Assembly: GCA_004284765.1 (NCBI GenBank)
Contig: NQJD01000051.1
Coordinates: 1 to 12,087, forward strand
Direction of reading: 5' to 3'
Length of the DNA stretch: 12,087 nt
Source of the DNA: Candidatus Electronema aureum
Lineage (GTDB): Bacteria > Desulfobacterota > Desulfobulbia > Desulfobulbales > Desulfobulbaceae
Below are positions 1-5,673 of this stretch, one piece after another; position 1 is the stretch's first letter; every line of letters starts with the position of its first letter. A program made the translations under genes and the position numbers. A model generated the notes under the pieces. It saw only the letters and a list, made by a program, of their open reading frames with translations. It was not told the origin of the DNA and ran no database searches.

Positions 1-15
1 AGGAAGACCAGCGTC

Positions 16-145
16 TTGAGCAGCTCAACCTGTTTGAATAGCGGCTGCCTTCAGGCAGCTCAAGTTGTTTAACCGCTTTGAGCGGTTCAGAATCTCAAGC
101 CACCGGCTTTGCCGGTGGTACTTGACTCGTTTCCCTTTTTGGGAA
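16..145. repeat. Array of five short stem-loops spaced ~29 nt apart in non-coding DNA (candidate structured RNA or REP-like palindrome cluster)
   Basis: Hand-folded stems: 16-28 TTGAG-cag-CTCAA; 44-59 GCTGCC-ttca-GGCAGC; 71-87 AACCGC-tttga-GCGGTT; 100-118 CCACCGGC-ttt-GCCGGTGG, extendable to 95-125 via TCAAG/CTTGA with a 2-nt bulge; 131-145 TTCCC-ttttt-GGGAA. The stems are unrelated in sequence. The linker motif CTCAA recurs at 24, 59 and 94 (exact 35-nt spacing). The only ORFs across it are low-quality - strand shadows. Confidence 0.5.
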
Positions 146-219
146 TCAAATCCAGAGGGTGAAAAATATATGGCGGGTGGCTGATCGGAATACCGGAACA
201 TCCACACGTATTTTTGAAG

Positions 220-248
220 TTGATCTTAAATTGAAAACCGGCTACGAT
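220..248 (+). promoter_or_regulatory. Candidate sigma70-type promoter of the antitoxin-toxin operon
   Basis: TTGATC (220-225), 17-nt spacer, TACGAT (243-248), about 50 nt upstream of ATG 298. The match to consensus is moderate only. Confidence 0.3.
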
Positions 249-250
249 AT

Positions 251-272
251 AGTCATAAAGATCATAATGACT
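251..272. promoter_or_regulatory. Inverted repeat AGTCAT-N10-ATGACT, candidate antitoxin operator
   Basis: 6-bp perfect arms at 251-256 and 267-272, immediately downstream of the putative -10 and upstream of the RBS AAAGGA (285-290). Type II antitoxins typically autoregulate through such palindromes. Confidence 0.3.
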
Positions 273-297
273 AATTTGAAGCCAAAGGAAAAACACC

Positions 298-576
298 ATG
301 CCTGCTGTATCCGTAGCCACGGCAAAAAGCCGTCTTTCCGAACTGTTAGCAAAAACCTCTTATGCGCATGAGCGGTTTATCATCACAAGAAGAAACAAGC
401 CTGTGGCTGCTTTGGTCAGTTTGGAAGACCTGAAACTAATTGAACAAAGTGAAGAGCGGCAGGGACTTGCCTCAATAGTTGGACAATGGCAGGGCTTTGA
501 GGAAGTGGAAGAGCTAATCAGCAACACAGACAGCCTACGCACTGATTCCGGGACTCGGCAAAATGTATCTTTTTGA
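298..576 (+). CDS. Type II antitoxin, Phd/YefM family (92 aa)
   Basis: The N-terminus MPAVSVATAKSRLSELLAKTSYAHERFIITRRNKPVAALVSLEDLKLIE has the Phd/YefM signature: a lead-in of the form (v)s(i)t(e)aR..ls.ll followed by ..i.itr.gkpvAvlvs.e.y. The C-terminal tail is acidic. RBS AAAGGA lies 8 nt upstream. The 3' end overlaps the downstream PIN gene by 14 nt. Confidence 0.85.
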   Translation: MPAVSVATAKSRLSELLAKTSYAHERFIITRRNKPVAALVSLEDLKLIEQSEERQGLASIVGQWQGFEEVEELISNTDSLRTDSGTRQNVSF

Positions 577-964
577 TACCAATATAATAACCAATGTGCT
601 GAAAAAACAGCCCTCTCAATGTTTGCTTGAGCGGCTGGCACTGATTCCTAAGCATCAGCAGCATATTTCAACGGTCACGGTTTCAGAGATTGTTTATGGG
701 GCGATGAAAAGTAGCCGTCCGGCTTATCACCTGAACAATCTTGAGCAAATTCTGCTCCCTTCCGTGAATGTAGTCAGCTTTGACCGCAAAGCAGCCTGCG
801 TCTGCGGGCGGCTCCGGGCTGAATTGGAGAAAAAGGGACAGCCGCTTGATCTTGCCGACCTTGAGATTGCCTCAATCGCTATTGCCGAAGATTTGATTCT
901 TGTCACTGGAAATATTCGGCATTTTGGCAGAATCAAAGAGCTAAGGCTTGAAGATTGGCTGTAA
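563..964 (+). CDS. vapC: PIN-domain ribonuclease toxin VapC (133 aa)
   Basis: MYLFDTNI start with the conserved Asp5. The other acidic PIN residues are readable: E in TVSEIVYG, D in LADLEIASIA, and the TGNIRHF motif. The 14-nt overlap with the antitoxin gene is typical TA architecture. Confidence 0.85.
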   Translation: MYLFDTNIITNVLKKQPSQCLLERLALIPKHQQHISTVTVSEIVYGAMKSSRPAYHLNNLEQILLPSVNVVSFDRKAACVCGRLRAELEKKGQPLDLADLEIASIAIAEDLILVTGNIRHFGRIKELRLEDWL

Positions 965-1046
965 GTCTTTCGAGAGCAAAATATACTGGCTTCTGCTCGG
1001 CAAGCATAGTATTATAGTGGATGGTACAAAGTGCAGGTACATGCTT

Positions 1047-1133
1047 GGTGCCGAAGGCAAAAAAGATTATATAGTAAAAACAATAAAATACAAAGCCCTG
1101 TTGGTTGCTGAAACGAATCTCCCCTTCGGCACC
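1047..1133. repeat. Perfect 11-bp inverted repeat GGTGCCGAAGG / CCTTCGGCACC enclosing a 65-nt AT-rich loop
   Basis: Arms at 1047-1057 and 1123-1133, read directly. The element lies in a 327-bp gap with no convincing ORF. Confidence 0.6.
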
Positions 1134-1139
1134 ATCAAG

Positions 1140-1186
1140 ATAAGACAAGGTCTGATTCGTTTTATGCGAGTCAGACCTTATCTTAT
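1140..1186. other. Long hairpin (16-bp stem with one mismatch, 15-nt loop)
   Basis: ATAAGACAAGGTCTGA (1140-1155) pairs with TCAGACCTTATCTTAT (1171-1186). The core 9 bp, AAGGTCTGA/TCAGACCTT, is perfect. It sits ~105 nt upstream of the ATG at 1292. Confidence 0.6.
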
Positions 1187-1291
1187 GCCCTGCGCACTCT
1201 TTACCCTGCCACAGCTGTTTGATCTGTGCTATGCTTCAGCAACAATCTCGTTTCATCCCGATCTAATGCGCTCAAAAAAGGAGAAAGGAAC

Positions 1292-1993
1292 ATGCTGGAA
1301 CAACAACTGCGTTTTATCAAAAAGCATCAACGTAACACATCAGCATTGTGCGTGCTGCTTTCGTTCAGCACCGTAGCAGCAGCACTGCATTATTGTGATT
1401 TGGCTCCTATCCCATTTAGGACATTTTCCATTCATGAGGGAGAGTTCTTAGAACTGATCATGTCGCTATCAGTGATGGCTATCTTTATGGAACGTGCAGT
1501 CGAGGCGATTCTAGTACCGATCAGAACACCAGACCGACAGCAAATTGAGCAGGAAATAGGTCTGCTCCGAGTGGCTACTGCGGACAAGAATCATCCTAAT
1601 ACACACCAGCTGCAACGGCTCCAAGAAAAAGAATATGAGCTGGATACCTACCGCTTAAATACAGCCCGCTATGCGTATTGGTTGAGTTTCGTCCTTGGCG
1701 TGGCTGTCAGCTTTGTTGGAATTCGGGCCTTGAGTGGGCTGGTTGAGATAAATAAACTATCTGAGTTATCTCATATGCAAAAAACTCTTTTTGCTTGGGT
1801 GGATATTGTGATTACCGGCGGCGTAATTGCAGGCGGCAGCGCGGCCATAGACAAGATGGGTAGAAAAATTAGCCAAACATTGAACCTGACTTCCGCTACC
1901 ACTTCTACAGTGACGACACCGCAGCAGCCGCAAAGCAATGATCCTGCGACAGCGGATTCTGCAACTCCGGCAACGACGAACAATGTCATTTGA
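1292..1993 (+). CDS. Hypothetical integral membrane protein (233 aa; ~4 TM helices, central coiled-coil-like loop, T/P/Q-rich tail)
   Basis: ATG 1292 is preceded by AAGGAGAAAGGA; the track ORF start at 1226 lacks an RBS. Hydrophobic segments are SALCVLLSFSTVAAAL, FLELIMSLSVMAIFM, YAYWLSFVLGVAVSFVGI and LFAWVDIVITGGVIAGGSAAI. No family recognised. Confidence 0.7.
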   Translation: MLEQQLRFIKKHQRNTSALCVLLSFSTVAAALHYCDLAPIPFRTFSIHEGEFLELIMSLSVMAIFMERAVEAILVPIRTPDRQQIEQEIGLLRVATADKNHPNTHQLQRLQEKEYELDTYRLNTARYAYWLSFVLGVAVSFVGIRALSGLVEINKLSELSHMQKTLFAWVDIVITGGVIAGGSAAIDKMGRKISQTLNLTSATTSTVTTPQQPQSNDPATADSATPATTNNVI

Positions 1994-4115
1994 AAGAGCA
2001 AAGGAACAGCCGGCACCGACGTGGACCATTGGTAAGAATTCCTCCCGTCAAATCTGCCGTTTTCTCCAGCAGCAGGCAGAGGCAGGGGTGCAGGTCTTCT
2101 GTTTTGATTATTTTGACACTTTAGCGGTGCGGGAGGTGCAGCCGGAGTATACCAAGCAATTGACAGCCCGGTTGCACAGTCTTCTACTTCACGATCTTAT
2201 CCAGCCGGAGCAGCTCTACGCTTTGCGGCAGCAGATAGAGCGCGAGCTGTGCGAGCAAAACGCTGCATCGGGCAAGGAGCTTGAATTCTATCTCCCAGAT
2301 TTTTCCCCGATCTACCGTCTGCGGCTGCGGGAGCAGCTTGGCAATCTTGAGCCGCTGCGCAATGTGGCGCAGTTCACCGAGCTTATCATAGCCATTGAGA
2401 CGGTGGTGGAAATGGCCGTGCAACAGTCTTGCGCGGACACGGTCAACGTGCTGGGCTGGCTGCGGCAGCAGGGCTTTCGCACCGTGCTGATCTCGGATTT
2501 CTATCTACCGCTCCGTTCGTTCAAGCGAATGCTCGGCAATCTCGGTCTGCTGGATCAATTCGATCATCTCTATATTTCTGCTGATTACAGCATCGCCAAG
2601 AGTTCCGGGCGGCTATACTGGAAAGTCTGCCGCGATCTGAATCTCAATGCCAAGCAGCTGATGATGATCGGCGACAATCCGCACTCGGACATTTTCCGGG
2701 CCAAGGAAAAAGGGCTGCCCTGCATCCATCTGCTTAATCCCAAGCAGCAGGCTTTCTATGAACAGTGGCGGCCTGAGCAACTTGCCGCGCCCAAGCGGGT
2801 GCAGCAGCTCTTTACCGACGCCGCCAGCGCATCTGGTCTGTTCAAAGAGATCGGCACAAGTCTTTGGCAATTCACGTGGAAGCTGCTGCGGGAGTTGCAG
2901 CAGCGGCAGGTGCGGGATGTCTTCTTTCTCTCCAAGGAAGGCGAGTTCCTGAAAAAGCTCTTTGACCGGATGCAGGAAGAGCTGTTCGGTGGCCAGACGA
3001 TCCGCAGCCATTACCTCATGGTCTCGCGCAAAGCCACCTTTCTCGCCTCGCTCAAGCCGCTGGAACAGGAAGACTTCATCCGCCTTTTTTACCAATATCG
3101 GGACATCTCGCCGCGAGACTTCCTTCTTAGTCTGAACCTTGAGGAAGGTGAAGCCGCCGCACTCTGCGCTGAGGCCGGGGTTGATTTCCAGACCCGCCTA
3201 CCTGACCTCTCCACTCAGCCAGCATTCCGGCAGCTGCTCGATTGCGAGCGGTTCAAGCAGTTGTACGAGACCCGGCGCAGCAGTCAGCGGCGTAACTTCA
3301 TTGCCTATCTCGACTCCTTTGGCGTGGAGTATCAACAGGATGGTCTGACGATTGTTGATGTGGGCTGGAAAGGCACGATCCAAGATAATCTGCGCCATAT
3401 TCTCGACAGACGCGTGCCGGTGCAGGGCTTCTATGTCGGCTATTTGACCGCTGCGCCGCAGCAGGAAGGCAACCGCAAACAGGGTTTGCTGTTCGACAGC
3501 TCTTGCCCGCAACTGCCGTATTTCAACGTCTATAACAACAACCGCTCGCTCTTTGAGATGCTGCTCGGCGCGTCACACGGCAGCGCGGACGGCTATTTCA
3601 CTGTTGAGGAATTTGCTCGCCTGCCTGATGATCATCGGCGAGAAATTCGGCAGCGCATTCCGCTACAACCGGGTGAGCTACTGATCGCTGCCTTGGACAT
3701 GCCAGAGGAACGCGCTCTGTTTGAGGCAAAAATCCGCCCGATTCAGACGCAAATTTTCGAGGAGACTGGACGGCTCAACCGCGCCCTGTTGCGCACCGGC
3801 TGCGTTCTCCCCGATGCCGAGTGGTTTGCGCGCCGTCACGCCCGTATGGTCTTCACGCCAAGCCGGAAGGAGATCGATTTCTTTGAACGCCTCTATCATT
3901 TGGAAAATTTCGGCGTGTTTGAATACACGGACTTCCGCACTGATGCCCGACTTTCTCTGCGGCAGCGATGGCGGAACTTTGTCACTATGCGCAAGAATCC
4001 GGCAGTGTTAGAAATGGGTACGTGGCCACCAATCATCCTTCGGCGGTTAGGCTTAGACTTCTACCGGCACATCAACGGGCCAAGGCGGCATTGGCGGGAA
4101 TTCAGGAAAAGATAG
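1983..4115 (+). CDS. Large protein (~710 aa) with an N-terminal HAD-superfamily hydrolase-like domain and a ~440-aa uncharacterised C-terminal region
   Basis: The HAD motifs appear in order: I VFCFDYFDTLAVR, II VLISDFY, III K in IAKSSGR, IV MMIGDNPHSDIFRAKEKG. The start is uncertain: ATG 1983 (MSFERAKEQ, overlapping the upstream stop by 11 nt) or ATG 1938. Neither has a clear SD. Confidence 0.8.
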   Translation: MSFERAKEQPAPTWTIGKNSSRQICRFLQQQAEAGVQVFCFDYFDTLAVREVQPEYTKQLTARLHSLLLHDLIQPEQLYALRQQIERELCEQNAASGKELEFYLPDFSPIYRLRLREQLGNLEPLRNVAQFTELIIAIETVVEMAVQQSCADTVNVLGWLRQQGFRTVLISDFYLPLRSFKRMLGNLGLLDQFDHLYISADYSIAKSSGRLYWKVCRDLNLNAKQLMMIGDNPHSDIFRAKEKGLPCIHLLNPKQQAFYEQWRPEQLAAPKRVQQLFTDAASASGLFKEIGTSLWQFTWKLLRELQQRQVRDVFFLSKEGEFLKKLFDRMQEELFGGQTIRSHYLMVSRKATFLASLKPLEQEDFIRLFYQYRDISPRDFLLSLNLEEGEAAALCAEAGVDFQTRLPDLSTQPAFRQLLDCERFKQLYETRRSSQRRNFIAYLDSFGVEYQQDGLTIVDVGWKGTIQDNLRHILDRRVPVQGFYVGYLTAAPQQEGNRKQGLLFDSSCPQLPYFNVYNNNRSLFEMLLGASHGSADGYFTVEEFARLPDDHRREIRQRIPLQPGELLIAALDMPEERALFEAKIRPIQTQIFEETGRLNRALLRTGCVLPDAEWFARRHARMVFTPSRKEIDFFERLYHLENFGVFEYTDFRTDARLSLRQRWRNFVTMRKNPAVLEMGTWPPIILRRLGLDFYRHINGPRRHWREFRKR

Positions 4116-4138
4116 GGACGCAAGTAAGCTGCTTAGGT

Positions 4139-4426
4139 TCAACCAATTATCCTTGGCACCACAAATGCCGCTTGGTTATGACAAGGGCTGTTTGCTAAAG
4201 CCTTTTCTCTTGGCAGCGAAGGCCGAACCTCATCTTCGCGAAAGGCATTCGTCGCGCCAAAAAGATGCGTTTCTGCTGAAATGCCTGTGGTATCCAGCTC
4301 ATCGAGTTTGGCCACGTAACTCAAGATGGTGTCTAACTGTGCGGTCATCTTGTCTATAGCCTCGCCGCTCAGTTCTAAACGAGCAAGGCGAGCGGTTTTT
4401 TCAACTTCCTCGCGAGTTATCTTCAT
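4139..4426 (-). CDS. gatC: Asp-tRNA(Asn)/Glu-tRNA(Gln) amidotransferase subunit C (95 aa)
   Basis: MKITREEVEKTARLARLELSGEAIDKMTAQLDTILSYVAKLDELDT...REDEVRPSL is the canonical GatC pattern and length. The track ORF (to 4606) is an upstream extension that runs into dut. Confidence 0.9.
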   Translation of the reverse strand: MKITREEVEKTARLARLELSGEAIDKMTAQLDTILSYVAKLDELDTTGISAETHLFGATNAFREDEVRPSLPREKALANSPCHNQAAFVVPRIIG

Positions 4427-4547
4427 GATTGTTTGCAAATAGTGAATTGAGAACGCAAGCAGCCACGCTGTTCTATACTTTTGTGGATAGCTTGCCCGTA
4501 TTGAAGTTACGCGAGAAAGCAATAAATTGCGTAATCTATTAAAGCGA

Positions 4548-5003
4548 CTACACTCCGGTGTGACCGAAACCGCCACTCCCCCGCTGAGTTGCCTCCAGCG
4601 TGTCAACTAACTGGAGGCAGGCACGGCAAACCGGAGCGAGAATCAGTTGAGCGATGCGGTCGCCCCGGCGGATGATGAACGGCTGCCGGCCAAGGTTGAT
4701 CAGGCCGATTTTAATCTCGCCTCGGTAATCAGCATCAATGGTGCCAGGTGCATTGATCACCGTGATGCCATGTTTCACAGCTAAACCGGATCGTGGCCGC
4801 ACTTGGAGTTCAAACCCCTCCGGCAGAGCCACACCGAATCCAGTTGGAATCAACCTGATATCGCCCGGTTGAAGAACAATCTCTTCGGTGCAAGCGGCGG
4901 CCACATCCATGCCAGCCGCTTGCATGGATGTGTATAAAGGGAGAAGCAGGTCACGCTGCGGCGGCGAAATAAACCAACAAAACTGGACAACTACCTGCGA
5001 CAT
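4548..5003 (-). CDS. dut: dUTP diphosphatase (dUTPase)
   Basis: dUTPase motifs are readable: [36 protein letters not shown] and the C-terminal [13 protein letters not shown] at 5003-5001, with an alternative GTG at 5006. The start overlaps the upstream stop as TGATG. Confidence 0.9.
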   Translation of the reverse strand: MSQVVVQFCWFISPPQRDLLLPLYTSMQAAGMDVAAACTEEIVLQPGDIRLIPTGFGVALPEGFELQVRPRSGLAVKHGITVINAPGTIDADYRGEIKIGLINLGRQPFIIRRGDRIAQLILAPVCRACLQLVDTLEATQRGSGGFGHTGV

Positions 5004-5548
5004 CACATGCCACGTCCCATTTTCTTGACCATTGCCGCATAATCATCTTCGTAATAGGGCTGACTGTTGCACTCTCGGTCAAATTTGTCGCTCTTCTCTT
5101 GGTAGGCCTTGACCATCTTTTTATAGACATCGAGCTGCTTATCCAGATCAGGTAATCTGGAATTGTACTGCAAGACCTTAGCATCATACTCAACACGAGC
5201 CTCTTTGCCGCCACGATCAACGTCATCTTTAGCCGATTTAAGACGTTCACCCATTTCGGTCAGCTCCTTATTGAGTGCATCAAATGACTCTTTGGATTTG
5301 CTGATAGCACTATAACTTGAGTCAACATCCATGTTTAGTCGAATGCATTGCTCAATCATCTGCTCGGTGAGTGCGCCTTCACCTTCTGGGGTAGTTCGGT
5401 AGGTTCTGTTCGACTTTTTATCAGATGCCGCCGCAAGGGCACCCTGTTTGGTGGTGGGTTGCTGCTGCGCCGAGGCATCGGCATTCCAAAGATACCCAGC
5501 GAGAGTCACCGCAGTCAGCAGGGTCAAATATAATCTTTTTTTCTGCAT
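5003..5548 (-). CDS. Exported hypothetical protein (181 aa) with Sec-type signal peptide and coiled-coil-like charged body
   Basis: ATG 5548 is preceded by AAGGAA 5 nt upstream. N-terminus is [25 protein letters not shown]|SAQ (positive n-region, hydrophobic core, AxA site, no lipobox Cys). The rest is K/E/D-rich. No family recognised. Confidence 0.7.
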   Translation of the reverse strand: MQKKRLYLTLLTAVTLAGYLWNADASAQQQPTTKQGALAAASDKKSNRTYRTTPEGEGALTEQMIEQCIRLNMDVDSSYSAISKSKESFDALNKELTEMGERLKSAKDDVDRGGKEARVEYDAKVLQYNSRLPDLDKQLDVYKKMVKAYQEKSDKFDRECNSQPYYEDDYAAMVKKMGRGM

Positions 5549-5642
5549 TTTCGTTCCTTTTCCGCGTAGTTCATCTGAGCAAGGCGTAAAAAACAATAGT
5601 TCCGCCTGCTGTTTATTCACGTGCGCCGTTCCGCATTCTTAT

Positions 5643-5672
5643 TTTATACCATTAGAAGCGCGGCAAGTCCAA
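5643..5672 (-). promoter_or_regulatory. Candidate promoter for the exported-protein/dut transcription unit
   Basis: On the - strand: TTGGAC (5672-5667), 18-nt spacer, TATAAA (5648-5643), ~95 nt upstream of ATG 5548. Weak to moderate match. Confidence 0.25.
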
Positions 5673-5673
5673 T

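Noticed and set aside
3-41. Possible 3' end of an upstream + strand gene (...EDQRLEQLNLFE*)
   Set aside because: Only 12 codons are visible, which is too little to call a CDS. It is mentioned only as context for the hairpin array.
111-122. 12-mer GCCGGTGGTACT is identical at 111-122 and 12034-12045, hinting at flanking repeats of an inserted element
   Set aside because: A few exact 12-mer coincidences are expected by chance in a 12-kb window. The similarity does not extend beyond the 12-mer.
1-160. Possible CRISPR array or ToxI-like tandem RNA repeat, because of the regular 29-35-nt periodicity
   Set aside because: The units are not sequence-identical; only short linker motifs recur. The period is too short for repeat plus spacer. 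No cas or toxN-like gene is adjacent.
948-1376. Track ORFs 948-1376 (+) and 933-1148 (-) in the vapC-to-1292 gap
   Set aside because: They have no RBS and an implausible Cys/aromatic-rich composition. The + ORF runs across the well-supported start at 1292 in another frame. They are better explained as non-coding structured DNA.
2613-3095. Long antisense or alternate-frame ORFs inside real genes (2613-3095 -, 3198-3512 -, 3721-4011 +, 5963-6523 +, 6818-7168 +, 7543-7914 +, 8979-9593 +, 9590-9982 +, 10339-10680 +, 11028-11495 +)
   Set aside because: All lie within, and opposite to or out of frame with, ORFs that have clear family motifs. Their translations are Arg/Ser/Cys-rich shadow products without RBS.
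1983-4115. The HAD-like gene looked GC-richer than its neighbours, a possible horizontal-transfer signal
   Set aside because: Hand counts of single 60-nt lines gave 53-65% here against 47-52% in vapC, the membrane gene, roo and prx. Two cyclase-gene lines, however, gave 53% and 67%. The sample is too noisy to support a claim; it needs a proper sliding-window and codon-usage calculation.
4427-4606. N-terminal extensions offered by the ORF track (gatC to 4606, prx to 9695, exported protein to 5620, regulator to 11471, membrane protein from 1226)
   Set aside because: The internal ATGs match family-typical N-termini, have RBS motifs, or both. The extensions overlap neighbouring genes or promoters.
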